A stretch of 58,074 nucleotides of DNA from a virus (IMGVR_UViG_3300020727_000860:1-58074); one strand, 5' to 3'. Counted from the stretch's first letter, positions 29,065 through 39,180 are shown. Made by a program: numbers and translations. Notes: generated by a model from the letters alone, not told the origin.

Positions 29065-30255
29065 TTACGAATTCTTCTTTTTAACTCTTCTCTTTTTGCC
29101 AGTGGTAAACACTACTTTATCTTCATCATTATCATAATCCATAATTAATTTACTGCCTTTTTCTGGATTCAATTTGATAATTTCTTCGGTTAAAGTATCT
29201 TCAATATATCTCTGAATAGCTCTTTTCAAAGGTCGAGCTCCATACTGAGGATCAAATCCCTTTTCAACTATATAATTTCTTAAATCATCAGTTAATTCAA
29301 TTTCATATTCTAATTTTTTAACTCTTTCAATCAATCCTTCTAATTCAATATTGATAATCTTATTGATATTCTCTTTAGTTAAAGAATTAAATGTAACAAT
29401 ATCATCAATACGATTTAAAAATTCAGGAGCGAAAGTCTTTTTCAATTGCTTTTCAATAACTGACTTAGATTCTTCCTCTGTATTTTCTTCTCTGGATTTA
29501 GTCATAAAACCTACTCCAGTTCCGAAGTCTTGGAGTTGTCTCGATCCTGTATTAGATGTCATAATGACAACAGTATTCTTAAAACTTACTTTACGACCCA
29601 ATGAATCAGTTAGTTGGCCATCATCCAGTACTTGCAATAAGATGTTAAATACATCAGGATGAGCTTTTTCAATTTCATCTAACAAGATTACTGAGTATGG
29701 TTTTCTTCTAACTTTTTCGGTCAACTGACCACCTTCGTCATGACCTACATATCCTGGAGGGGCACCTACTAATCTTGATACACTAAATTTTTCCATGTAT
29801 TCACTCATATCAATTCTAATTAAAGAATCTTCTGAATCAAACATATATTTAGCCAAAATTTTTGCTAATTGTGTATTATGTGACAATATACCATTTGTGT
29901 AATATCTTTTATTACTAACTTCAGATAACTGAAAGTCATACATTCTCTCTTTGTATCCAAGATTTTCAATAGATATTACAATATCTTCAACATTATCTGT
30001 GATTATTCTATCTCCTATTTCTATATTTTTCACAAAAATTTCAGACATATCAGATAAAAAAACAATATGATTATCAGCACATTTTAGAGACATACCTGAT
30101 GCGGTTTTTAGTTCATAAACATCATATTCTATTGTCTCATGTAGATATTCTATATCTACAAATCCCGTATCTGTCAATATCTCATAGTCTTCTATTTTCC
30201 ATGATTGTGTAAACTTCTTACTATAGTCTTTTGATTTTGATAAATTTTCTATCAT
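29065..30255 (-). CDS. clpC: Split intein C-part (127 aa) fused to C-terminal part of ClpC ATPase
   Basis: LKCADNH (block B), MYDFQL...YYTNGILSHN|TQLAK; RIDMSEYMEKFSVSRLVGAPPGYVG, LLDEIEKAHPDVFN, GARPLKRAI. Confidence 0.92.
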   Translation of the reverse strand: MIENLSKSKDYSKKFTQSWKIEDYEILTDTGFVDIEYLHETIEYDVYELKTASGMSLKCADNHIVFLSDMSEIFVKNIEIGDRIITDNVEDIVISIENLGYKERMYDFQLSEVSNKRYYTNGILSHNTQLAKILAKYMFDSEDSLIRIDMSEYMEKFSVSRLVGAPPGYVGHDEGGQLTEKVRRKPYSVILLDEIEKAHPDVFNILLQVLDDGQLTDSLGRKVSFKNTVVIMTSNTGSRQLQDFGTGVGFMTKSREENTEEESKSVIEKQLKKTFAPEFLNRIDDIVTFNSLTKENINKIINIELEGLIERVKKLEYEIELTDDLRNYIVEKGFDPQYGARPLKRAIQRYIEDTLTEEIIKLNPEKGSKLIMDYDNDEDKVVFTTGKKRRVKKKNS

Positions 30256-30264
30256 ATTATAATT

Positions 30265-31395
30265 TTATTTGTTTAAAAATTCTATACATTTTTGTATTGT
30301 TTCTTCGCGATTTTTTTTGAATTCTGAATCCCAAATCGAAAGAACCTGGAACCCGTTTTCATTTGCTAATTTTATCTTCTCTTCATCATGTTTCCATATA
30401 TCACAAGCCTTATATCCTTTATACTTTCTATAGGGGTGTGGATATGATCCTGATTCATAAATTTTTGGATTAGCATGATATTGATCTCCGTTATACTCTA
30501 TGATTTTACCTTTATCAATTTCAGTAAAATCATAATAATAATTTTTATTATTTTTCGTCAAACAAAGTTCCGAGTTATGAGTAGCGTATTTACAATTCAT
30601 CGAAAATTTCGAAATTATATCAAATAATTCTTGACTAACTTTGGAATATCCTCCTTTTATATTACCATTTTTATATAAACTATTCTGCCATTTATTCTGC
30701 CTTTCTTTCCAAATTCTAACCCCATATTCTTCACCATATTTCTCTATGCATTTTTCTTTAGAAAAGGTTCTCTGTGATTCAGACACCTTTAATTTAGATT
30801 CCTCTTTGTTAAATCCCCTTTCTATCCAATATTCTAAATTGGATGGTAATAATCTATTTTCAAAGTCTACATTTTTAGCAGCATTAGATTGCGACTCACG
30901 TAGCTTACATTTTGCTTCTTCTTCTGATAAACCCTTATTTATCCAAAATGATAACATAGATGGTGTTTGACAAATATTTTTTATTTCTTGTTCTGAAAAT
31001 CCGATATTTTTTAAATTTTCTTTTGATACAACAAATCTATTTTTAACCTTTTTGGAACTATCTGATTGCATTTCGGATATTTTTTTAATGGAGTCAATTT
31101 CAGTATATCCTCTATTAATCCAAAATTCTTTTCTTAATCTATTATTTGATATCATTATATCATACATTTTTTTCGAAATTTTATTATACTCATCGATTGG
31201 TAGAAAGGCTTTCCAAACTTCTTTTCTTTTTAATTTTAGTTTGTTTGATAAGCAATCAATATTAGAACACACATTTATATTTTTATACAATTCAGATTTA
31301 ATTTTAATGATATTAAAAACTAAATTTGATTCACAAATATTGCAAATGGGATCTTTATCCGCCTCAAAAATTGTATTTTTTAATTTATATTTCAT
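30265..31395 (-). CDS. Free-standing putative homing endonuclease (W..RG repeats plus Vsr/DUF559-like nuclease)
   Basis: Repeated (F/Y)WI.RG....A/S; YDF...IIEYNGDQYH...D..K...A...GFQVLSIWDSE; sits between the clpC halves. Confidence 0.75.
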   Translation of the reverse strand: MKYKLKNTIFEADKDPICNICESNLVFNIIKIKSELYKNINVCSNIDCLSNKLKLKRKEVWKAFLPIDEYNKISKKMYDIMISNNRLRKEFWINRGYTEIDSIKKISEMQSDSSKKVKNRFVVSKENLKNIGFSEQEIKNICQTPSMLSFWINKGLSEEEAKCKLRESQSNAAKNVDFENRLLPSNLEYWIERGFNKEESKLKVSESQRTFSKEKCIEKYGEEYGVRIWKERQNKWQNSLYKNGNIKGGYSKVSQELFDIISKFSMNCKYATHNSELCLTKNNKNYYYDFTEIDKGKIIEYNGDQYHANPKIYESGSYPHPYRKYKGYKACDIWKHDEEKIKLANENGFQVLSIWDSEFKKNREETIQKCIEFLNK

Positions 31396-31407
31396 TTTTA
31401 TAATTTC

Positions 31408-32829
31408 TTAGTCCAATTGGGATTGGTTAAGTTTATATATTAAACTCTTAATATCAACTTTTTCTATTTTTCCTGTTTTTTTATTTCTTATCGAAATTTT
31501 TACAGAGGATACAAAACATTTACCGACACCAGTAGGTCCTAAGAAAAGGAATGATCCAATTGGTTTAGTAGGATCTTTCAAACCGATTCGACTTCTTTGA
31601 ATAGCTTTAACAACTTTAGAAACCGCATCATCTTGTCCTATGACCTTACCCATCAAGGTCTCACTCATTTTAGCTAATTTATCATTTTCTTTTTGATTGA
31701 CTTTTTGTAAAGGTATTCCAGTCATCATAGATACAACTTCAGCTACATTATCCTCGGTTACTTTTTGTCTATGATTTTTTTGATCATCTTCCCATTTACT
31801 TCTAGCTTCATCTAAATTAGATTGTAGTTGTTTTTCAACATCTCTAAGTTTAGCAGCTTCTTCATATTTTTGATTTCTGACTACTTCATTTTTCTTTTCT
31901 TTAATTTCAGTAATCTTGTTTTCAATATCTACAATCTCTTTCGGAACCACAATATTAGAAATATGTATTCTAGAACCAGCTTCATCTAAAGCATCAATAG
32001 CCTTATCTGGTAAAAATCTATCCGACATATATCTTGAAGTTAAGCTTACACAAGCTAAAACAGCCTCATCTGTATAAAAAACATTATGATGAGATTCATA
32101 TTTATCTTTAATGTTATTGATAATTTGAATTGTTTCTTCTTCTGTTGCAGGTTCAACCACTACCTTTTGGAATCTTCTTTCCAAAGCACCATCTTTTTCG
32201 ATGTGTTTTCTGTATTCATCCAAAGTAGTAGCACCAATGATTTGTATCTCTCCTCTAGCCAATGCAGGTTTAAACATGTTAGAAGCATCTAAAGATCCAC
32301 TCGCGCCACCAGCCCCAATAATAGTGTGAATTTCATCTATAAATAAAATCACATCTAGATTCTTTTCCAATTCAGCCATCAAAGCTTTAATTCTTTCTTC
32401 AAACTGACCACGGTACTTAGTACCTGCGACCATAGAAGCCAAGTCTAACATAACAATACGTTTGTTATATAGTACTCTTGAAACTTTCTTTTGACCGATT
32501 CTCAAGGCAAGTCCTTCGGCTATAGCTGATTTACCAACACCAGGCTCACCTAATAAAATAGGATTATTCTTTTTTCTACGTGATAAAATTTGTGATACTC
32601 TTTCAATTTCCTTCTCTCTACCAACAATAGGATCAATTTTTCCATCCTTTGCTTGTCGAGTTAAGTCTCTACTGAAAGTATCCAAAATTGGAGTTTTGGA
32701 TTTAGGGTCAACAATTTTTTTGTTCCCTTTGAATTTAGAATCATCAGTATCATCATCTTCTTCTTCAATTGCCATTCTGACATCTAATTTTTTCAAATCT
32801 TCGGTTTCATCTCCAATGTATTTATTCAT
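31408..32829 (-). CDS. clpC: ClpC ATPase N-terminal part fused to short split intein N-part (36 aa)
   Basis: GEPGVGKS, FIDEIH, UVR-like YEEAAKLRD, second Walker A GPTGVGK|CFVSS... Confidence 0.92.
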   Translation of the reverse strand: MNKYIGDETEDLKKLDVRMAIEEEDDDTDDSKFKGNKKIVDPKSKTPILDTFSRDLTRQAKDGKIDPIVGREKEIERVSQILSRRKKNNPILLGEPGVGKSAIAEGLALRIGQKKVSRVLYNKRIVMLDLASMVAGTKYRGQFEERIKALMAELEKNLDVILFIDEIHTIIGAGGASGSLDASNMFKPALARGEIQIIGATTLDEYRKHIEKDGALERRFQKVVVEPATEEETIQIINNIKDKYESHHNVFYTDEAVLACVSLTSRYMSDRFLPDKAIDALDEAGSRIHISNIVVPKEIVDIENKITEIKEKKNEVVRNQKYEEAAKLRDVEKQLQSNLDEARSKWEDDQKNHRQKVTEDNVAEVVSMMTGIPLQKVNQKENDKLAKMSETLMGKVIGQDDAVSKVVKAIQRSRIGLKDPTKPIGSFLFLGPTGVGKCFVSSVKISIRNKKTGKIEKVDIKSLIYKLNQSQLD

Positions 32830-32865
32830 AGTATTAATTTTTATGTTTTAAATTTATAGTTCAAT

Positions 32866-33156
32866 TTAAGAATTAAGTTTTATATCGAAATTTGCTGAGA
32901 ACCACATTTTGTTATAATCAGTTGGCTCATTTTCAACCTTTTGTGCGTAAGGCTCAATATCTTCCCAGTCAATATTATTTTCCATCCAATCAAATATTTC
33001 TGAACTTCTCATAGAAATATTGTATTCATCATTCCATTCTTTGGAACCTTCTGTAAATCCATCTACATCAGCATAGTATTTAGTCCTCTCATTTGCGACA
33101 ACTGATGCTGGTAATTCAAATTTATCTCCGTTAGGAAATGTAATTATTATTGTCAT
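32866..33156 (-). CDS. hypothetical protein
   Basis: 96 aa ORF in a co-oriented run. Confidence 0.65.
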   Translation of the reverse strand: MTIIITFPNGDKFELPASVVANERTKYYADVDGFTEGSKEWNDEYNISMRSSEIFDWMENNIDWEDIEPYAQKVENEPTDYNKMWFSANFDIKLNS

Positions 33157-33157
33157 A

Positions 33158-33652
33158 TTAAGCTAATTTAAATTGTGATAGGAAACTTCTCAATGATAAG
33201 ATTTTTTCAACATTTTCTGGTGTGCCACTAAATTGATTTTTCCAATTTTGATATTGTTCTTCAATTGGTTTAGTTTCTATAAAATTAGAAACATACCCAC
33301 CATTATAATCAGGATATTTAGTCCTATTAAAAACCCGTTCATCTACAATAAATACAACTGCTGTTAATTGATCTCCTAAATCAGGTTCATAGAATTCAGC
33401 AGTTTTAATACCCATATCCTCTAAAGTCTTAGCATGTTGGTTCAAGGTACCTGGTTTATCAAAATTAAGATTAGTGGTGCCTCCATTCAAGATAATAAAA
33501 GTTTTATGCTCTTCAGCCCACATTTTATATTCAGGTGTGTCTGAATAAATTAATCCATACTCTACAACAGCGTGTCCGAATTGAATACCTTGTTGTATAG
33601 GACTTAAATTATATGGAACCAATCCATACATTCTATACTCTAAATTCTGCAT
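33158..33652 (-). CDS. peptidyl-tRNA hydrolase 2-fold phage protein
   Basis: IQFGHA and FYEPDLGDQLTAV motifs. Confidence 0.55.
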   Translation of the reverse strand: MQNLEYRMYGLVPYNLSPIQQGIQFGHAVVEYGLIYSDTPEYKMWAEEHKTFIILNGGTTNLNFDKPGTLNQHAKTLEDMGIKTAEFYEPDLGDQLTAVVFIVDERVFNRTKYPDYNGGYVSNFIETKPIEEQYQNWKNQFSGTPENVEKILSLRSFLSQFKLA

Positions 33653-34163
33653 TATTATTTTGTTTTAATTCGTTAATATTAATTGATAAGGATCTATTAC
33701 TAAATTGTTTTAGATTAGTAACTTCCATTAGGATAACCTCGGACATAAAATCCGGTATAGTTATTTTATAAGTTTTTTTCGGAATTTCTATTTCAGCAAT
33801 AATCAATTTGTAACCATTTTCAAAAACATCTACTTCCCACTTTAAAGGGCCGTCTTTATAAATTAGTCTTTCTTTTGTAATATATTTAGAATTCTCCACA
33901 TCTTCAAAACATCTATTTACAAAAGACTCAAACTCATGTTTAGTTAAAGATTTTTCATCTTCTAAATTAACACCTTTTGATACTGATTTTTTTATAGTGT
34001 GTATATAACTATCACCATTTATATTTGAGTGATATGTTCTTGCTCTTTCCCAAATGTTACTTTTATTTTTCCAGTAATACTGTCCAATTTCTATTATTTC
34101 ATCAGGGTTTTTATTGGGTAAAGATTTTAAAAGGAATTTTCTTTCAATTTCTATTTGAGGCAT
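33633..34163 (-). CDS. CYTH (triphosphate tunnel) domain protein
   Basis: EIERKFL, K.R, WEVDVF, AEIE, FSN.SL. Confidence 0.85.
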   Translation of the reverse strand: MPQIEIERKFLLKSLPNKNPDEIIEIGQYYWKNKSNIWERARTYHSNINGDSYIHTIKKSVSKGVNLEDEKSLTKHEFESFVNRCFEDVENSKYITKERLIYKDGPLKWEVDVFENGYKLIIAEIEIPKKTYKITIPDFMSEVILMEVTNLKQFSNRSLSININELKQNNNAEFRV

Positions 34164-34181
34164 TATAAATATTTTATTTTA

Positions 34182-34212
34182 CAAAAATACAAAGTTTTGT
34201 TATACAAACAAA
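34182..34212 (-). promoter_or_regulatory. Bacteroidota sigma70-type promoter
   Basis: TTTG-N19-TAttTTTG upstream of the CYTH gene. Confidence 0.65.
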
Positions 34213-34241
34213 AAAAGTCGGTCAAATTTAACCGACTTTTT
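34210..34241 (-). terminator. Rho-independent terminator after HU
   Basis: AAAAAGTCGG..CCGACTTTTT inverted repeat with flanking A/T tracts. Confidence 0.75.
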
Positions 34242-34258
34242 GTAAAGGTCTTTCTTAA

Positions 34259-34534
34259 TTAAGAATTCACAGATTCAGCTAAATAGGAACCAGATTTGAA
34301 CTTAACTACAACCTTCTCAGGAATAGAGAGAACTTGACCAGTTTTAGGATTACGACCCGTACGGCTTTTTCTCTTAGTTCCTGAGAAAGAACCAAAACCT
34401 ACTAAAGTAACTTTATCACCTTTAGATAAAGCATTTTTAATTGATTCTGTTAAAGAATCAATAACTTCACCAGCTTTTGTTTTTGTTAAGCCAGTATTAG
34501 AAGCTAACTCATTGATTAAATCAGATTTGTTCAT
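34259..34534 (-). CDS. hup: HU family DNA-binding protein
   Basis: MNKSDLI, V.LVGFGSF, RTGRNPKTG. Confidence 0.95.
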   Translation of the reverse strand: MNKSDLINELASNTGLTKTKAGEVIDSLTESIKNALSKGDKVTLVGFGSFSGTKRKSRTGRNPKTGQVLSIPEKVVVKFKSGSYLAESVNS

Positions 34535-34643
34535 AACATTTATTTTTTTGTTTAACTATTATATTATCAGTGTTGACAATGGTTTAAAAGAAATTTAAAA
34601 ATTATCCTTTGTTAGCAAGGATTTAACACAATTTCATTAATTA

Positions 34644-35015
34644 TCAAGGCTTTTCATCGGTTAATTCTTTTAACTTTTTATCCCTGACTTCTTGAATCGT
34701 ATTGTTCGAAGCAGTTTCCCATTTAATTTTAAATTCATCAAGATATTTTTTCGCTTCTTCTAATGTAGAGTATTTAAGTCCAAATGACCTCACATTATCT
34801 ATATTCGCTGGCATGAAATGTGAGTTAGAACAAATTTCATCAGTCAATACCAAAGATTTACTTGGAACAACAACCGATGATATAGCGTAGTAAGTCCAAA
34901 ATACCTTATATGTATCGAAAATACCTACAACTTTAAGTGAAACTTGAAGATTTCCAGTTCCACGAGTCAAATCTTTTGGATCTATTGAATATAAAATTTT
35001 ACTTTTAAGTGACAT
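34644..35015 (-). CDS. hypothetical protein with C-terminal RDKKL motif
   Basis: 123 aa ending EVRDKKLKELTDEKP. Confidence 0.65.
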   Translation of the reverse strand: MSLKSKILYSIDPKDLTRGTGNLQVSLKVVGIFDTYKVFWTYYAISSVVVPSKSLVLTDEICSNSHFMPANIDNVRSFGLKYSTLEEAKKYLDEFKIKWETASNNTIQEVRDKKLKELTDEKP

Positions 35016-35016
35016 A

Positions 35017-35484
35017 CTATTTTCTTTTATATGTTATGAAGTGATAGTCAAACTCACCATTATTAAAAGAATCTCTTTTCTTTTCTTCAAAGATATTTTC
35101 ATCTATTTCAGGAAAGTAGGTATCACCTTCAAATTCTTTATCAATTAATGTTAATTGAATTTCATCAGCAAAGTTAAGGAATTTTTTGTAAATTTCCGCA
35201 CCACCAACGACCACTATATCACGAAATATAGGTAAAACCTCATCTATATTATTATAAACTAATATGTTATCTGATTTAAAATTTTTATCTCTGGTCAAAA
35301 CTACATTAGTTCTTTTTGGTAAAGGTTTACTTCCAATAGATTCAAATGTTTTTCTACCCATTAAAATAACTCTATCTAAAGTCAAACTTTTAAAGTGTTT
35401 TAAATCTTCGGGTAAGTGCCAAGGTAGTTTATTATCTTTACCAATAACTCTATTCTTAGAACAAGCTGCTACAAGTGTTATCAT
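35017..35484 (-). CDS. folA: dihydrofolate reductase
   Basis: VIGKDNKLPWHLPEDLKHFK, MGRKTFESI, LPKRTN, GGAEIY, GDTYFP. Confidence 0.95.
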   Translation of the reverse strand: MITLVAACSKNRVIGKDNKLPWHLPEDLKHFKSLTLDRVILMGRKTFESIGSKPLPKRTNVVLTRDKNFKSDNILVYNNIDEVLPIFRDIVVVGGAEIYKKFLNFADEIQLTLIDKEFEGDTYFPEIDENIFEEKKRDSFNNGEFDYHFITYKRK

Positions 35485-35786
35485 ATATTATAAGTTATTT
35501 CTTCTATTTTAATTTGTCTATTTAAATCTTTATTACCAATACCCTTATTTTTATAATGTCTTAGAATTTGATTTGTTTTGTAAACATCATTTCCTAAAAA
35601 ATAAACCCAGTATTTTTCATCATTCTCTTCTAAATTATATGTTGAAATTGAAGAATATTGACAATGTTTTTTAAATTCATCTTTAGTATATTCTTTTATT
35701 TTCATATTATAATCGTGTGTAGTTCCTTCTAATATAATCAGATTTTCGTCAATAATACTAACTATATAAATCCAGTAATGATGCAT
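35481..35786 (-). CDS. hypothetical protein
   Basis: 101 aa ending NRQIKIEEIT. Confidence 0.6.
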   Translation of the reverse strand: MHHYWIYIVSIIDENLIILEGTTHDYNMKIKEYTKDEFKKHCQYSSISTYNLEENDEKYWVYFLGNDVYKTNQILRHYKNKGIGNKDLNRQIKIEEITYNI

Positions 35787-35889
35787 TTCACTTAATCTAT
35801 CACCAAATTTATAATCACCACTTTTAAAATAGTCTTGTGTATTTTTTGATAATCCATTTATTATAATTATTATAGAAAATTTGTTTTAA

Positions 35890-36507
35890 TTAACCCCAAG
35901 TATGTTTAATTAATTCTATTTGAGAAGTCATCATTAGTTTGATATTCTCATAAGCCAATTCTTGTTTAGGAAAATTTCTTCTAGCTTCTTTTAAAGAAGG
36001 TAAAATCCATTTTTCGGCTTCTTCAACATATGATTTTTGTTTTTCTTTATTAAAAACACCTACCATAGATTGTAAGTTGTGTATTCTATCACCACCTTTA
36101 CAAATAGAAGCGATTATATCAGAAGCAATTCCCTTGAAATATTCTTCATTAGTTTTCTTATGACCTCTGTGAAACTTAGTCAATCTTTCAACTGAACGAG
36201 CCACAATAGGACCAAATTTTTGATTTATTTCTTCAAAAGAAACATCATAATCTTCTGGAACATCATGTAACAAAGAAGTGCAAATTGTTTCTACAGGATA
36301 TTCGAGGTTATTAATCAAACTTCTAATATAATGGGTGATAACTAATTGGTGTTCAAATTCGGGAGTAATACCATCTTTTCTAAGACCGGTATGATATTGA
36401 GAAGCAAATTCAAGTGCCTCTACGCATTTTAAATAGTTAGGATTTGATTGGCTCATACCTAATAACCAATAACGAAGAGAGATTTTTAATTTTTCATATC
36501 TGGTCAT
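35890..36507 (-). CDS. HD-domain (p)ppGpp hydrolase-like protein (small alarmone hydrolase type)
   Basis: H.G.RKDG.TP..H, LLHDVPED, V..LTK, K..DRIHNL; likely start ATG 36507. Confidence 0.75.
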   Translation of the reverse strand: MTRYEKLKISLRYWLLGMSQSNPNYLKCVEALEFASQYHTGLRKDGITPEFEHQLVITHYIRSLINNLEYPVETICTSLLHDVPEDYDVSFEEINQKFGPIVARSVERLTKFHRGHKKTNEEYFKGIASDIIASICKGGDRIHNLQSMVGVFNKEKQKSYVEEAEKWILPSLKEARRNFPKQELAYENIKLMMTSQIELIKHTWG

Positions 36508-36574
36508 ATATATATACTTTTTGTTAGTATAAATATACGAAAAATTATTATAAACCAAAAATAATATATACCAT

Positions 36575-37030
36575 ATGAAATATATTAAATATTTTGAATC
36601 TTTAGATTATTATAAGGTAATATCACATGATGAATACGTTAGATTAATGGGATCAAATGGAGCTAGAATTGGTTTAAATGTTGTAAAACTAACTATACAA
36701 GAAAGAAAAATTCTTGAGGATTTACTATCTACATCAAATCCTACATATGTTTCATATAGATTTGATAAACCCATAAGATTATCAAGTTCCCATCCTTCTC
36801 ACGGAACAAGATGTTTAGAAATAGAAAATAGAGTAGGTGGTGATTTAGTTGGATATAAATCATTTGTTTATGGAATTGAAAAAGTCCAAGATGAGTGGTT
36901 TGTTGTTTACAAACATGAGATTAAAAAAATATCATCTATTAATTACAAGTGTGATCAGCTAAGTGGTTTGATAGAATTTTTAAAAGATGAGTGTATAATA
37001 AATACTAATATCTTATCAGAGTCAAAATAA
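36575..37030 (+). CDS. hypothetical protein, possible 5' part of a frameshifted gene
   Basis: MKYIKYFES start, preceded by TAATATATA; K..DEWF.V...CDQLSGL.EFL domain. Confidence 0.65.
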   Translation: MKYIKYFESLDYYKVISHDEYVRLMGSNGARIGLNVVKLTIQERKILEDLLSTSNPTYVSYRFDKPIRLSSSHPSHGTRCLEIENRVGGDLVGYKSFVYGIEKVQDEWFVVYKHEIKKISSINYKCDQLSGLIEFLKDECIINTNILSESK

Positions 37031-37127
37031 TTATTATAAAAATGAAACTTGGGTTAGTAAAATAAAATGGTTACATGATAATTATTATGATAAAGTCAAT
37101 CAAGTTTATTCAGCTATACCCAATTTA

Positions 37128-38060
37128 TTGGAATCTTTAGAAGGAACATTTGAAAATCCTAAATATAATCAAGGAAAGAATCCTTTTTTCTTACAATTAG
37201 GAATCGCAACAGATACAAGTTATGAGTGCTTTTCTTTAAATGAATCCAAGTTAATTATTGATCCAATTGATGATGAAGATCAAACAAAGTATATAATATC
37301 AGGACATTCTGGATATTATAGATTTGATGAAAAGCTTAGGGATATTAGAAGAGATACAATTCGGAAAACAGTATATTATCCCTATTATAAATTGGAAGGA
37401 ACACTTTCAATTGAAGGGTTAGATATATTAAAGGATGTTGATAACAGGACTACTAGATATGAAAGATTTATCACTAGTCTATTATCTGATTATTTTAAAG
37501 GATGGAAGATTAATACACAAATACATACACGTCTAAAAGGCGGCCATTTTTGGATACATCTAGTAGATAAGACAAAAATTATAAATGAAAATATTTCACA
37601 TAAGGATGACTTTTTCCCAATAGAAATTACAAATAATGAATATCAAAGTTATCTGAATAAATATAAACCTCAAGCTTTTACTGATACAGAAAGTAAACTA
37701 TTTTCATTTGATAAACCATATTATGTAGAAAAGGGAAATAATAAGGAAAGAACAAAATTTGATTTATCATATTATTCTGTAGTATTCAGAAAAAGAAGAA
37801 GAGTAATGAATTCTATTAATTACTATTGGTATAAATTCTATTTTACAAAGTTAGAAGATGAATATTTCTTAATAGAATGTGTATTTGACGTGGTAAAAAC
37901 AGCTAAAAAAGATTCTAACCTAAAAGGTGGTAAAACGACTCAGACAAAATTTTTATTAGCAGATGGTCAATCTGAATTAAAAGAATTTATACAACAAATT
38001 AACAAATTTGGTAATAGTCGTCAAACTCTTATTTCTCTTGGTATTCTTAGAGTGATTTAA
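37128..38060 (+). CDS. hypothetical protein, possible 3' part of a frameshifted gene
   Basis: Frame is open back to 37002 with no ATG start; C-terminal KLEDEYFLI...DGQSELKEFI echoes the upstream ORF. Confidence 0.55.
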   Translation: MESLEGTFENPKYNQGKNPFFLQLGIATDTSYECFSLNESKLIIDPIDDEDQTKYIISGHSGYYRFDEKLRDIRRDTIRKTVYYPYYKLEGTLSIEGLDILKDVDNRTTRYERFITSLLSDYFKGWKINTQIHTRLKGGHFWIHLVDKTKIINENISHKDDFFPIEITNNEYQSYLNKYKPQAFTDTESKLFSFDKPYYVEKGNNKERTKFDLSYYSVVFRKRRRVMNSINYYWYKFYFTKLEDEYFLIECVFDVVKTAKKDSNLKGGKTTQTKFLLADGQSELKEFIQQINKFGNSRQTLISLGILRVI

Positions 38061-38524
38061 TTATATAATTCAAACCAATCAAAATCTTCCTCAACGAAAG
38101 AATCAAAAAGACACATTTCTACATCTTCATCTTTCCATTTTTCAATAAATTGTGGATAATTTTCAGGTGTGTAACTTCTATCAGTTCCCATCAATTTACC
38201 TGATTTTTTATTCCTTGACATAGGAAATTTATTATCAAATGGTTTGAAATGACTTTCTAAATATAAACATTTATAGTGTTCATAATATGGAGACTCTATC
38301 TTAACTCGTATAATAGGAGATTTTAACTTGGATATTATGTGGTCAACATAATCTTTACACTTTTGATAAGACTCACACTTACAAATAAAAGAACTCATAT
38401 ATTCGGTTCTATATAAATCCTGCGATGGTGTCAATAATTCAACAATGATATTTTTAATACCCATTGAATCTAATTCTGAATTTATGGTTTCATCACCAGT
38501 AATATGTATTTCAAATGTTTCCAT
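38057..38524 (-). CDS. hypothetical protein
   Basis: 155 aa; FEIHIT, IIRVKIE, YLESH motifs. Confidence 0.65.
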   Translation of the reverse strand: METFEIHITGDETINSELDSMGIKNIIVELLTPSQDLYRTEYMSSFICKCESYQKCKDYVDHIISKLKSPIIRVKIESPYYEHYKCLYLESHFKPFDNKFPMSRNKKSGKLMGTDRSYTPENYPQFIEKWKDEDVEMCLFDSFVEEDFDWFELYN

Positions 38525-38527
38525 TTT

Positions 38528-38692
38528 TTATTTTTTATTTAATAAAAAAATTATACTAATCGGCATTAAAATAAAATTGATGATAAATGTTCTAAAACAA
38601 TTAGACCAACAATTAAAAGGTGGATTATAGTTAACTCTTTGTTTATAAAAAGAATAACTAGCCCACAAAAAACATAATTTTAGATAAATCAT
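38528..38692 (-). CDS. small hydrophobic hypothetical protein (54 aa)
   Basis: MIYLKLCFLW...IIFLLNKK*; start overlaps upstream stop (ATGA) and fills the gap; below ORF track cut-off. Confidence 0.4.
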   Translation of the reverse strand: MIYLKLCFLWASYSFYKQRVNYNPPFNCWSNCFRTFIINFILMPISIIFLLNKK

Positions 38693-39180
38693 AATGAAAT
38701 AACTTTATCAAATCCTTCTTCCTCTCTTATTGGTTGATAAGAAGCTAACATATTTTTAATTACATGTTCTGGAATGGTTTTATTTTCTTCCTCTTGTCTC
38801 TTTTTATTTCTCTTGACGAATTCATCCCAATCTAAAATAGGGAAAATAACTGCTACTTTAGTATAATCACTATCAAAATTATCTAATGTTGATCTTCTAC
38901 GCTTAGAAGTCATGTTAGTCATATCTACAATTACATTTTCCTTATTTTCATTAGCATCATCAAAAGATTTTTGTAATAGACGGTTGACTTCTTTTTGATC
39001 GACATTTTTGAAAGATTCATCATAATCATCACTACCATATAAATCCATGACAATATTATCTCTACTTATTATCTTAACATTTTTATCAGCAAAGTTATTT
39101 TTAATCCAAGTAGATTTACCCACTAATGGAGGACCAATAAGGACTAAAATATACGGTTCTCTTAATTTATCAAAATTCAT
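38689..39180 (-). CDS. P-loop kinase (AAA_33, polynucleotide kinase-like)
   Basis: LIGPPLVGKSTW, ISRD, VIVDMTNM..KRR. Confidence 0.8.
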   Translation of the reverse strand: MNFDKLREPYILVLIGPPLVGKSTWIKNNFADKNVKIISRDNIVMDLYGSDDYDESFKNVDQKEVNRLLQKSFDDANENKENVIVDMTNMTSKRRRSTLDNFDSDYTKVAVIFPILDWDEFVKRNKKRQEEENKTIPEHVIKNMLASYQPIREEEGFDKVISL

